DNA from: Acidimicrobiales bacterium
Lineage (GTDB): Bacteria > Actinomycetota > Acidimicrobiia > Acidimicrobiales > SZUA-35
Assembly (NCBI GenBank): GCA_033851875.1
Contig: JAWSVN010000076.1
Location: 307 to 47,429 of the forward strand
Length of the DNA: 47,123 bases
Direction: 5' to 3'
The position numbers were made by a program, and so were the translations under genes. The first letter of the stretch is position 1. The number at the start of each line of letters is the position of its first letter. Below, one piece after another: positions 28,538-40,012 of this stretch. Below the pieces are notes generated by a model, which did no database searches, was not told the DNA's origin, and worked only from the letters and a program-made list of their open reading frames with translations.

Positions 28538-30093
28538 TCCGCCGTGCTGTCCTCGTCGTCGTGCTCGCCGTGTTGGTGGCGGCCGTGAGCTACGACCGTC
28601 TCGACCAGGCCCCCACGCCCGAGGCCGCGCCCGAGGTCGTCGATCAGCCGATGCCGTCGATCGCCGAGCCGGCGGTGCTGTCGAGCGCCTGGTACTGCCC
28701 GATGGGGGTGGCCGCCGGCGACCAGACCGTGCACGTCACCAACGTCGGTTCGGAGGCCGTGGTCGGCTCGATCGATGTGCTGACCGGCGATGGCCCCGGC
28801 CCCAGTCTCCGGTTCCGGATCGAGTCGGCCGAAGCCGAGGTCTTCCGACTGGTCGACCTGATCGATGCGTCCAGCGCCGGCGCCGTCGTCGAGATCACGG
28901 GTGGCTCGGCGGTCGTCGGCCACCGGGTGGGCACCAGCCTCGGCATGGTCGAGGGGCCGTGCGCCACTGCGGCATCCGCTACCTGGCACTTCGCCGCCGG
29001 TTCCACGACGCGCGACAGCCGCCAGATCCTGGCCCTCCTCAACCCGTCCTACGACGACGTGGTGTTCTCCGCCACGTTCGAGACGCCGACCCGCACGATC
29101 ACCCCCGGCGACCTCGAGGCCGCCGTGGTGCCGGCCCGATCGGTTCGACTCATCGAGGTGACCGACGCCGTCTCCCGCGAAGCGGTCGTGGCCACCCGTA
29201 TCGAGACGGTGCGAGGTGGGCTCGCGGTCGAGCGGCTCCAGCTCCGCGACGGCACCCTCGGCCCGATCGGCGCCGCCCTCACCCTCGGGGTGACCGATGC
29301 CGCCACCGACTGGGAGCTGCCCGTCGGTCAGGTGCACGCCGGCGGCGATGCCGAGATCGTCGTCACCAACCCGACCGACCTGCCGGCCGAAGTCGATCTC
29401 TATCTCGTGCCCAACGATCCGGCCGACCGCGGGAGGTTCGGACTGGTGCCCGAGGAGCTCGACCTGCGGGCTGGTGGCGTGGTCACCGTCGACCTCGACG
29501 ACCTGGCCGCTCGTCTCGGGCTCCCCCTCCCGGTCGATCTCGGGGTGCGCGTCGAGTCGGCCAACGGCACCCCGGTGCTCGTCGAGCGGTGGCATCTCGA
29601 TCCGGCGATCGACGAGACCCTGATCGGTGCCGGCGGCACCAACGCCCGCCTCCAGACCACGCGCTTCCAGACCGATGAGGGGCCCGAGATCGACGAGAGC
29701 GACCTCGAGGTGACCGAGACGGTCCTCCTCGCCCAGGCGACGCCCGATCGAGGTCTGCTCGTGTCACGGGGCGCGACGGCGCTCGCCGACCACTGGCTCT
29801 TCCCGGTGGTGACCGTGAGCGACACGGCCGTGGCGATCACGGCCCCGGCATCCGTCGACGGCGAGCCGGTCGAGGTCTCGATCCGCACGATCACCGGCGG
29901 GGTGCGCAGCACCCCGGTCACCGTCGCGGTCCCGGCCGAGGGCCGGGTGCTCGTGCCGGTCACCAGCTCGGTCGCGGTGGTGGCCCTCGAGGTCACCGCC
30001 TCCGCTCCGGTCGGTGCCGAGGTGTCCGTCGTCGAGCTGGGCGTGCGCTCGGCGGCGATCGCCGGTGTCCCCGTCATCCCAGGAGGCTCGTGA
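28534..30093 (+). CDS. DUF5719-like secreted/membrane-anchored protein
   Basis: N-terminal hydrophobic segment; WYCP, GPCATAASATWHFAAGST, LALLNP; ATGA coupling to the GT2 gene. Confidence 0.75.
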   Translation: MIRRAVLVVVLAVLVAAVSYDRLDQAPTPEAAPEVVDQPMPSIAEPAVLSSAWYCPMGVAAGDQTVHVTNVGSEAVVGSIDVLTGDGPGPSLRFRIESAEAEVFRLVDLIDASSAGAVVEITGGSAVVGHRVGTSLGMVEGPCATAASATWHFAAGSTTRDSRQILALLNPSYDDVVFSATFETPTRTITPGDLEAAVVPARSVRLIEVTDAVSREAVVATRIETVRGGLAVERLQLRDGTLGPIGAALTLGVTDAATDWELPVGQVHAGGDAEIVVTNPTDLPAEVDLYLVPNDPADRGRFGLVPEELDLRAGGVVTVDLDDLAARLGLPLPVDLGVRVESANGTPVLVERWHLDPAIDETLIGAGGTNARLQTTRFQTDEGPEIDESDLEVTETVLLAQATPDRGLLVSRGATALADHWLFPVVTVSDTAVAITAPASVDGEPVEVSIRTITGGVRSTPVTVAVPAEGRVLVPVTSSVAVVALEVTASAPVGAEVSVVELGVRSAAIAGVPVIPGGS

Positions 30094-30483
30094 TGGATCG
30101 AGTGCTGATTCTCGTCGTGCTCGGTGTGATGGCCGTCGGCGTGTCGCTGGCGCTGCAACGGCGCCGGCCGGAGCCGCCGAGCGCGCCGTCGTACCGGGCC
30201 CCACGCCAGCTCGACCGCGACGATTTCGCCGAACCCGAGACCCCGTTGCTGGTGGCCGTGTTCACCTCGGCCACCTGCAACAGCTGCGCCAGCGCCTGGT
30301 CGACCGTTGGTGAGGTGGCCGACGGCCTCGCCGGCGTGGTGATGCAGCGCATCGAGATCCAGGACGACCCCCGAGGTCTCCACGAGCGCTACAAGATCGA
30401 CGGGGTGCCGTCGACGCTCGTCGCCGACGCCGAGGGCGTCGTGCACGAGAGCTTCTTCGGCCCCTTCGAGGCCGAGAAGCTGG

Positions 30484-32379
<1,896 letters not shown>

Positions 32380-32441
32380 GCGTCAAGGATAGGCAGTTCG
32401 GCGCCCCGACCCTTGGTCGGGCCGGCGATACCGTCAGCGTC

Positions 32442-33134
32442 GTGCCCGGACCTGCCACCGTCGCGGCGCCCCGGTGGGGTGTCGGCCATGCCTTCGCCGT
32501 GCTGCTGCTCGCACAGCTGACTCCGACGCTTGCCCTCGTGGTGGTCGGTGAGACCGTGGCGCCGGTGCCGTTGTGGGCGATCGCCGTCGCGCAGTTGGCC
32601 GGCGCTGGGGCCTATGTCGGGGTGTCGACGGCCATCTCGCGGTCCTCGGGCGAGGGGCCGGTCGCCGACTTCGCCCTCGCCGTGCGGCCCCGCGACGTCG
32701 CGGTCTGGGTGCCGATCGGCGCCGCGACCCAGCTCCTCGGGATCAACGGGCTCTACTCGCTGCTCAACCTCGTCGCCGACCTCGATGCCGGCGAGGCCGC
32801 CCGAGACCTGGCCGATCGGGCCGATGGTGCTACCGGCGCCGTGTTGCTGATCTGGATCGCGCTGGTCGTCGCTCCGGCGGTGGAGGAGTTCTTCTTCCGA
32901 GGCGTCCTCCTCGGCGCGCTCCGTCGCCGGTTCGACGACCGGGTCGCCCTCGGCGTCTCGGCCGTCGTGTTCGCCCTCGTCCACTTCCAGCTCGTGCAGG
33001 CGCCCGGCCTGATCGTCATCGGTCTCGTCTGTGGGGTGGCGCTGCTGCGGACCGAACGCCTCGGAGCGGCCTGGGCCGCCCATCTCGGCTTCAACCTCAC
33101 CGCGGTCGTCCAGCTGATGGTGTTCAGCGGGTAG
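32442..33134 (+). CDS. CPBP (CAAX protease/Abi) intramembrane metalloprotease
   Basis: APAVEEFFFRG, FALVH, AHLGFN; GTG start inferred from TACCGT 7 nt upstream. Confidence 0.88.
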   Translation: MPGPATVAAPRWGVGHAFAVLLLAQLTPTLALVVVGETVAPVPLWAIAVAQLAGAGAYVGVSTAISRSSGEGPVADFALAVRPRDVAVWVPIGAATQLLGINGLYSLLNLVADLDAGEAARDLADRADGATGAVLLIWIALVVAPAVEEFFFRGVLLGALRRRFDDRVALGVSAVVFALVHFQLVQAPGLIVIGLVCGVALLRTERLGAAWAAHLGFNLTAVVQLMVFSG

Positions 33135-33197
33135 GCCCCGCGACCCAAATGGGGTCGAGCGGCTCACCGGTGGTCGTGGTCGGCCGACGCAAAGACC

Positions 33198-33392
33198 ATG
33201 GCGATGTCGCAGGAGCAGTGTCCGACGTGCACGAAGGATCTCGTGGTGATCGCGATGATGGTGGAGGACGCCGATCTCGAGATGGTGTCGTGTACCACCT
33301 GCGACACCCGGACATGGCGTCGTGAAGGCAAGCCCTTCCACCTCACCGGTGCCCTCGCCGAGATCGGCGAGAAGTCGGGGCGGCGACGCTGA
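33198..33392 (+). CDS. Small zinc-ribbon protein (64 aa)
   Basis: CPTC-x20-CTTC; fits the intergenic gap with host-like codons. Confidence 0.7.
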   Translation: MAMSQEQCPTCTKDLVVIAMMVEDADLEMVSCTTCDTRTWRREGKPFHLTGALAEIGEKSGRRR

Positions 33393-33446
33393 CCCTCCTC
33401 GACTGACGCGAGCAAGCGTCGGCGAGGTGGCACCATTGGTAGCGGC

Positions 33447-36077
33447 ATGCTGACCGAGGTGGACAGTCCAGAGCACGATCCCGACATCGACGGGCCGACC
33501 GACGACGACATCGACGCGCCCAGCGAGGCGCCCGTCGAGCCGCCGCCCTATTCGAGGCTGCGCGACCTGGGTGCCCGGCTCCCGCCGCTCTCCGCCCTCG
33601 GCGGTCCGCTGGTGGTTGTCGTGTGCACGGCGTTCGTGCTCCGCCAGCTCCGCCCCGAACTGCTGATCACCGACTCCACACCGGCCGGCGGCGACATGGG
33701 CGCTCACGTGTGGGGGCCCGCGTACATGCGCGACCACCTCCTGCCGGCCGGACGGCTCACCGGGTGGACCCCGGACTGGTACGCCGGGTTCCCGGCCTAC
33801 CACTTCTACATGGTCGTCCCCGCGCTGGCGATCATCGCTCTCAACGCGGGCGTCAACACCTGGCTCGGCCTCCTGGCCTGTGTGCCGTTGGTCGTCGGCG
33901 TCCGCTGGGCTCGACAGCGCTTCCCCGAACGGGCGGGCACGGTGCTCGCCCTCGGGCTCGTGGCCGCGGTCCTGATCGTCGGCATGCCCTACGGGGTGGC
34001 CTTCAAGCTGGTGTCGGTGGCGGGGCTCGTGGCCATGCCGGCCTGCGCCTACGCGATGGCTCGCTGGGTCGGGTCGCCCCAGCCCGTGCCCGCCTTCGTC
34101 GCCATCGCGGCCACGATCTTCCTGTTCGACACGAACTTCAACATCTACGGCGGCAACATCGCCTCGACCCTCGCCGGCGAGTTCGCCTTCGCCCTGTCGC
34201 TGGCGCTCTCGCTCCTCGCGATCGGCCTGGTCGCTCGCGGCCTCGACCGCGACCTCGTCGGTCTGCCGTCGCAGCGGGTACTCGCGGCGGTCGTCATCGC
34301 CCTCGTGGCCCTGTGTCACGTCATCCCCCTGATCTTCACGGTCGTCGCCCTGGCCGTCGTCGTGCTGCTCGATCGAGAGCTGCCCCGAGGGTGGGCGCTG
34401 GCGATCGCCATCACGCTGTCGCTCCTGCCCGTTGGCATGGCCGAGGGCACCCGCTTGCCGGTGACGCTGGCCGCGGCCGCGTCGTTCGGCATCGTCGCCG
34501 CCTCGATCATGGCGGCCGACCGTCGGGTCTGGCAGCGAGCCCGTTGGCTTCTCGCCGTCGGCCCGGCCGCCGCCCTGCTCGCGATGTTCTGGCTGTTGCC
34601 GTTCTACGTGCGTGAGCCCTACTTCAACGACATGGGCTGGGAACGACTCGACGAGATCGGACCGTCGCTGCTCACCACCCCGATGCTGATCGCCCTGCCG
34701 GTGGCGGCCGTCGGGGCGATCGTGTCGTTCCTGGTGCGCGACCGACTCGGCATCCTGTTCACGATCCTGGCCGGCACCTCGGTCACCGCGGTGGCAAACC
34801 TGCCCGAGGCCAAGCTCTGGAACGCCCGGCTGTTGCCGTTCTACTACCTCTCGGTGTTCATCGTCGCCGCCGTCGGTGTGGCCCTCGTCGCCCGCATGTC
34901 GGCCTCGGTGGTCTCGGGCCGGGTCGAGGCCCCGGACCGAGTGACGGTCGGCGGCGCCACCGTGGCCGCCGTCGTCGCGATGCTGTTCGCCCTCGCCCTG
35001 CCCTTGCGAATCCTGCCGTTCGGTTCGACCAACCCCGAGGGCGACTACACCTGGCTCGGCATCACCTCCTCGGCCAACTCCTTCGTCGGCACGTGGGCGG
35101 CCTGGAACTACTCGGGCTACGAGGACAAGCGGTCCTACGCCGAGTACCGGGCCGTCGTCGAGACGATGGACGAGGTCGGCGCAACCAACGGGTGTGGCCG
35201 GGCGATGTGGGAGTACGACAAGGAGTTCGATCGCTACGGCACGCCGATGGCGCTGATGCTGCTGCCCCACTGGACCGACGGCTGTATCGGCTCGATGGAG
35301 GGCCTCTACTTCGAGTCGTCGGCCACGACACCGTTCCACTTCCTCAACCAGTCACGGCTCTCCGAGAACCCGTCGCGAGCCCAGCGCGACCTGCCCTACG
35401 GCTCGTTCGACCTCGAACGAGGGATCGACCAACTCCAGGTGATGGGGGTCCGCTACTACCTGGCATCGACCGACCGGGCCATCGGCGATGCTCGCGACGA
35501 CGAGCGTCTCACCGAACTGGCCGAGTCGCCGCCGTTCGTCGTGTTCGAGGTGGCCGGGAGCGAACTGGCCGAGGGCCTCGACGTCGAACCGGTGGTCACC
35601 TCCGGCGCCCCGTCGGCCGAAGCCGGTGAGGATCCGAGCCGTTTCGAGCTCGGCTGGCTCAGCCAGGCCGTGGCCTACTACGGCAACCCGACCGGGTTCC
35701 GGGCGATGCCGGCCGAGGACGGACCCGAGTCGTGGACCCGGGTCACCACCCTGCTCGCCGGTGACGGCCAAGAGGTCCGAGCCGCCGAGGTCACCGACAT
35801 CGTGGCCGGCTCCGACTCGCTCTCGTTCACCGTCGACGAACCCGGCACCCCCGTGCTCGTGAAGATGTCGTACTTCCCGAACTGGTCGGCGAGCGGTGCG
35901 GACGGCCCGTGGCGGGTCGGTCCCAACCTGATGGTCGTGTTGCCGACCGAACACGAGGTCGAGCTGCGCTACCGCTCCACCTGGGTCGAGTACGCCGGCT
36001 GGGTGCTCACCCTCGGGGGGATCGCGGCGCTCGTGGCCCTGGCCCGCACCGACCGAAAGAGCGGGCGGCCCTCGTGA
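33447..36077 (+). CDS. Polytopic GT-C-like membrane protein (PTPS-related/YfhO-like)
   Basis: First loop GGDMGAH...GWTPDWYAGFP; about 13+ hydrophobic segments; C-terminal KMSYFPNW...PNLMVV and terminal TM helix. Confidence 0.75.
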   Translation: MLTEVDSPEHDPDIDGPTDDDIDAPSEAPVEPPPYSRLRDLGARLPPLSALGGPLVVVVCTAFVLRQLRPELLITDSTPAGGDMGAHVWGPAYMRDHLLPAGRLTGWTPDWYAGFPAYHFYMVVPALAIIALNAGVNTWLGLLACVPLVVGVRWARQRFPERAGTVLALGLVAAVLIVGMPYGVAFKLVSVAGLVAMPACAYAMARWVGSPQPVPAFVAIAATIFLFDTNFNIYGGNIASTLAGEFAFALSLALSLLAIGLVARGLDRDLVGLPSQRVLAAVVIALVALCHVIPLIFTVVALAVVVLLDRELPRGWALAIAITLSLLPVGMAEGTRLPVTLAAAASFGIVAASIMAADRRVWQRARWLLAVGPAAALLAMFWLLPFYVREPYFNDMGWERLDEIGPSLLTTPMLIALPVAAVGAIVSFLVRDRLGILFTILAGTSVTAVANLPEAKLWNARLLPFYYLSVFIVAAVGVALVARMSASVVSGRVEAPDRVTVGGATVAAVVAMLFALALPLRILPFGSTNPEGDYTWLGITSSANSFVGTWAAWNYSGYEDKRSYAEYRAVVETMDEVGATNGCGRAMWEYDKEFDRYGTPMALMLLPHWTDGCIGSMEGLYFESSATTPFHFLNQSRLSENPSRAQRDLPYGSFDLERGIDQLQVMGVRYYLASTDRAIGDARDDERLTELAESPPFVVFEVAGSELAEGLDVEPVVTSGAPSAEAGEDPSRFELGWLSQAVAYYGNPTGFRAMPAEDGPESWTRVTTLLAGDGQEVRAAEVTDIVAGSDSLSFTVDEPGTPVLVKMSYFPNWSASGADGPWRVGPNLMVVLPTEHEVELRYRSTWVEYAGWVLTLGGIAALVALARTDRKSGRPS

Positions 36078-37252
36078 GGAGTCGGCTGCGCTTCTTCGCC
36101 CTGGTCGGCCTGGTCGCCACCGCCCTCGACGTCGGGACCTTCCTGGCGCTACGAGACCGCGGGGTGTTGCGGGCCGACGTCGCCGCCCTCGCCGTCGCCG
36201 CCGTCGTCGCCTACCTCGGCAATCGGATGGTCACCTTCCGGGGTGCGATCCGACAGGCTCGGTGGGTGTCAGCGCCGGGTGCGTTCGCCGCCACGGCCGT
36301 GGTGGCCGGTCTGGTCGATCTCGCGGTGCTGGCCCTCGCCAGCCTGGCGACCGATCCCGGGTTGTTCTCCAAGCTCGTCGCGATCGCGGTCGCCGCCGTG
36401 GTTCGCTGGACCGCCTACCGCTGGGTGCTGTTCAACGAGGTGCGGCGGGAGATGGAGGATCGGGTGCCTCGGCCCGAGCCCACCGGCACCCATCGGCTGA
36501 CGGTGGTGGTGCCGGCCTACAACGAGGGCTCCACGATCGAGCTCACCATCTCCACCCTGCTCGCCGACCTCGAGCCAGCGGTCGGCGTCGGCGACGTCGA
36601 GATCCTCGTCGTCGACGATGGCAGCGCCGACGACACCGCCGAGGCCGCCGCCCGTGCCGGTGCCCGGGTGATGGTCCAACCGCGAAATCGCGGCAAGGGC
36701 GCAGCGGTGCGGGCCGGCGTCCTCGGCGCGGCCGGCCGCTTCGTCGTGTTCACCGACGCCGACCTCGCCTACCCTCCCCACGTCGTGGTGCAGCTGCTCG
36801 CCGAGCTGGAGGACGGCTGGGACATGGTCGTCGGTTCGCGCCGCCACACCGAGACGACCACCCTGGTCCGAGCCCGGCGTCTGCGCGAGGTCGGCGGCCG
36901 GGTGATCAACTGGCTCACCCACCTCGTCCTCCTCGGGCACTTCCGCGACACCCAGTGCGGCGTGAAGGGGTTCCGGACCGACATCGGTCGTGCGGTGTTC
37001 GAGCGCACGACGATCGATGGGTTCGCGTTCGACGTCGAACTGTTCCTGATCGCCGAGCAGGACCGCCTCTCGGTCCGTGAGGTGCCGGTCCTGGTGTCGA
37101 ACCGGCAGGGCTCGTCGGTGCGCATCGTGGCCGACACCGCCCTGCTGTTCCGCGACCTGGTTCGTATCCGTCGAATGGCCGGGTGGGGGCGCTATCGACC
37201 CAGTCCCGCCCAGGCAGAAGTGCTGGCGAGTGGCCGCAGTGGCACTGGCTAA
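36074..37252 (+). CDS. GtrA-like flippase domain fused to polyprenol-phosphate glycosyltransferase (GT2, Alg5/DPM-like)
   Basis: RFFALVGLVATALD...YLGNRMVTFR (GtrA), then VVPAYNE, VVDDGS, NRGKGAAV, FTDADL, DTQCGVKGF, FAFDVE. Confidence 0.88.
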   Translation: MRSRLRFFALVGLVATALDVGTFLALRDRGVLRADVAALAVAAVVAYLGNRMVTFRGAIRQARWVSAPGAFAATAVVAGLVDLAVLALASLATDPGLFSKLVAIAVAAVVRWTAYRWVLFNEVRREMEDRVPRPEPTGTHRLTVVVPAYNEGSTIELTISTLLADLEPAVGVGDVEILVVDDGSADDTAEAAARAGARVMVQPRNRGKGAAVRAGVLGAAGRFVVFTDADLAYPPHVVVQLLAELEDGWDMVVGSRRHTETTTLVRARRLREVGGRVINWLTHLVLLGHFRDTQCGVKGFRTDIGRAVFERTTIDGFAFDVELFLIAEQDRLSVREVPVLVSNRQGSSVRIVADTALLFRDLVRIRRMAGWGRYRPSPAQAEVLASGRSGTG

Positions 37253-37261
37253 GGTGAGCCC

Positions 37262-38641
37262 GTGACCTCCATCGACGACACCTCCCTCTCCTCGATCGTC
37301 AAGGCCTACGACATTCGAGGGACCTACCCCGAGCAGATCGACGCCGACATCTGCGAGGCGCTCGGCGTGGGGTTCGGGGCGTTCATCCGGGCCAACGAGC
37401 CCGACACGACCGAGGTCGCCATCGCCCGCGACATGCGACCGTCCGGCCCCGAGCTGGTCGACGCCTTCGCCCGTGGCGCCCAGTCCCAGGGTCTCGACGT
37501 GATCGACGTCGGGATGGGCTCGACCGACATGATCTACTACGCGTCGGGCTCGCTCGGCGTGCCCGGCGCCATGTTCACGGCGTCGCACAACCCGGCGGAG
37601 TACAACGGCATCAAGCTCTGCCGCAGCGGCGCCGCCCCGATCGGTGAGGCCACCGGACTCGCCGACATCAAGGCCACCGCCATCGCCTGGGCCAACGGCG
37701 AAGTCGACTCGGTGGCCGAGCCCGGAGGCCGGACCGAACGTGAGCTGCTCGACGACTTCGCCGACCACGTGCGCTCCTTCGTCGACACCTCGGTGCTGAA
37801 GCCGCTGAAGGTGGTCGCCGACACCGCCAACGGCATGGGCGGCCTGGTCGTTCCCGAGGTCTTCGAGGGGCTGCCGTTCGACCTCGAGGTGATGTACCCC
37901 GAACTCGACGGCACGTTCCCCAACCACGAGGCCAACCCCATCCAGCCCGAGAACCTGGTCGACCTCCAGGCCCGGGTGCTCGAGGTGGGGGCCGACATCG
38001 GCCTCGCCTTCGACGGCGACGCCGACCGCGTCTTCCTCGTCGACGAGAAGGCCCAGCCCGTCTCCGGGGCCCTCACCACCGCCCTGTTGGCCAAGGCGAC
38101 CCTCGAGAACGACGCCGGCGCCTCGATCATCTACAACCTGATCTGCTCCAAGTCGGTGCCCGAGGTGATCACCGAGAACGGCGGCACCGCGCTGCGCAGC
38201 CGGGTCGGTCACTCGTTCATCAAGCAGCTGATGGCCGAGACCGGCGCCGCCTTCGGCGGTGAGCACTCGGCCCACTACTACTTCCGCGACAACTGGCGGG
38301 CCGACTCCGGCATCATCGCCTCGATGATGGTGCTGGCCGAACTGTCGAAGTTCGACGGACCGCTGTCGGAGCTGTTGGCGCCCCTCGACCGCTACGCAGC
38401 CTCGGGCGAGATCAACACGCGGGTGAGCGACGCCGCCGCCGTGATCGAGGCCGTCGCCGCTCACTACGGTTCGTCGGAGCAGGACCGACTCGACGGCCTC
38501 ACGGTCGACAACGGCGATTGGTGGTTCAACCTCCGGGCCTCCAACACCGAGCCCCTCCTGCGCCTCAACCTCGAGGCCGCCGACACCGACACCGTGGCGG
38601 CCAAGGTCGCCGAGGTGAAGGCCGTGATGGCGAAGGCCTGA
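37262..38641 (+). CDS. manB: Phosphomannomutase/phosphoglucomutase
   Basis: KAYDIRG, TASHNP, FDGDADR, GGEHSAH, RASNTEP. Confidence 0.95.
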   Translation: MTSIDDTSLSSIVKAYDIRGTYPEQIDADICEALGVGFGAFIRANEPDTTEVAIARDMRPSGPELVDAFARGAQSQGLDVIDVGMGSTDMIYYASGSLGVPGAMFTASHNPAEYNGIKLCRSGAAPIGEATGLADIKATAIAWANGEVDSVAEPGGRTERELLDDFADHVRSFVDTSVLKPLKVVADTANGMGGLVVPEVFEGLPFDLEVMYPELDGTFPNHEANPIQPENLVDLQARVLEVGADIGLAFDGDADRVFLVDEKAQPVSGALTTALLAKATLENDAGASIIYNLICSKSVPEVITENGGTALRSRVGHSFIKQLMAETGAAFGGEHSAHYYFRDNWRADSGIIASMMVLAELSKFDGPLSELLAPLDRYAASGEINTRVSDAAAVIEAVAAHYGSSEQDRLDGLTVDNGDWWFNLRASNTEPLLRLNLEAADTDTVAAKVAEVKAVMAKA

Positions 38642-38643
38642 CC

Positions 38644-39792
38644 GTGATCGAGCGGTTGGCCTGCGTCGTCCAGGACTACGCCTGGGGCCACCGCGAGGCG
38701 ATTGCGGTCCTCCAGGGCCGCGCACCGACGGGCGAGCCCGAGGCCGAGCTGTGGATGGGGGCTCACCCCAAGGCGCCGAGCGTCCTGGCCGACGGCCGGA
38801 GTCTCGATGTCGCCGTCGCTGACGACCCGCTCCACTGGCTCGGCGACGCCGTCGTCGAGCGGTTCGGGGCGTGGCCGTTCCTGTGCAAGATCCTGGCCGC
38901 CGCCGAGCCGCTGTCGATCCAGGCCCACCCCTCGGCCGAGCAGGCGGCCGCCGGCTTCGCTCGTGAGGATGCGGCGGGCGTCGATCGGGGTGCCCCCGAG
39001 CGCACCTACCGCGACCCGAACCACAAGCCGGAGCTGATCTGCGCGCTCACCTCGTTCGAGGCGTTGTGCGGGTTCCGGGACCTCGGCGAGGTCCGGCAAC
39101 GGGTCGATGGCTGGGCCGACCCGGTCTTCGACCCACTGCGCCATCACCTCGCGGCGTCCGGCGACGACGAGAGCGTGCTCGGCGAGACGGTGGCGTGGTT
39201 GCTGTCGGGCGGCGAGACCGTCACGGCGATCGCCGACGCCCTCGGCCGACCCGGGTCGCCGGATCCCGTCGCAGCGTCGATCGCCGAGCACTACCCGGGC
39301 GATCCCGGGGTGGTCGTGTCGGTGCTTCTCAACCATCTGATCCTCGCCCCCGGGCAGGCCGTCTTCCTCGGCGCAGGCAACCTCCACGCTTACCTTCGAG
39401 GGGTCGGCGTGGAGCTGATGGCCAACAGCGACAACGTCGTTCGCGGCGGCCTCACCCCGAAGCACGTCGACATCGACGAGCTGCAGCGGGTCGTCGAGTT
39501 CCGCCCGCTCACCCCCGACGTCCAGACCGCCAGCGGGGCCGACCACCGGTTCCGGTCCGGGGTCGACGAGTTCGCGTTGACCCGTCTCGAGGTTGCCGAC
39601 GGCGACGAGGTGCCCTGCTCGGTCGTAGGACCCGAGCTCGTGGTCGTCACCGACGGACGGCTCACCCTCGTGCCGGCCGACGGTCCGCCCCTCGAACTCG
39701 CCGCCGGGGAGGTCGTAGCGGTCCCGGCCGCAACCGGGTCGTGGCGGGCGAAGGGTGCCGGGATCGGGTGGCGCGCCACCGTCAATGGCTAG
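38644..39792 (+). CDS. manA: Mannose-6-phosphate isomerase, class I
   Basis: QDYAWG, AELWMGAHP, PLSIQAHP, NHKPE, LHAYL, ANSDNVVRGGLT. Confidence 0.95.
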   Translation: MIERLACVVQDYAWGHREAIAVLQGRAPTGEPEAELWMGAHPKAPSVLADGRSLDVAVADDPLHWLGDAVVERFGAWPFLCKILAAAEPLSIQAHPSAEQAAAGFAREDAAGVDRGAPERTYRDPNHKPELICALTSFEALCGFRDLGEVRQRVDGWADPVFDPLRHHLAASGDDESVLGETVAWLLSGGETVTAIADALGRPGSPDPVAASIAEHYPGDPGVVVSVLLNHLILAPGQAVFLGAGNLHAYLRGVGVELMANSDNVVRGGLTPKHVDIDELQRVVEFRPLTPDVQTASGADHRFRSGVDEFALTRLEVADGDEVPCSVVGPELVVVTDGRLTLVPADGPPLELAAGEVVAVPAATGSWRAKGAGIGWRATVNG

Positions 39793-39802
39793 CCTTCGGG
39801 CC

Positions 39803-40012
39803 ATGGCACTCGACCCCACCCTGCTCGAGATCGTGGCGTGTCCCGACGACAAGGGCCCCCTCCACTACCTCGAAGCCGAGCAGCTCCTCTACAACCCTCG
39901 CCTCAAGCGGAGCTACCGCATCGACGACGGCATCCCGGTGTTGCTGATCGACGAGGCCAGCGGCGTCGACGACGCCGAGCACACCCGGCTGATGGGTCTG
40001 GTCGAGCAGTGA
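39803..40012 (+). CDS. Trm112 family protein
   Basis: MALDPTLLEIVACPDDKGPL...YRIDDGIPVLLIDEA. Confidence 0.92.
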   Translation: MALDPTLLEIVACPDDKGPLHYLEAEQLLYNPRLKRSYRIDDGIPVLLIDEASGVDDAEHTRLMGLVEQ

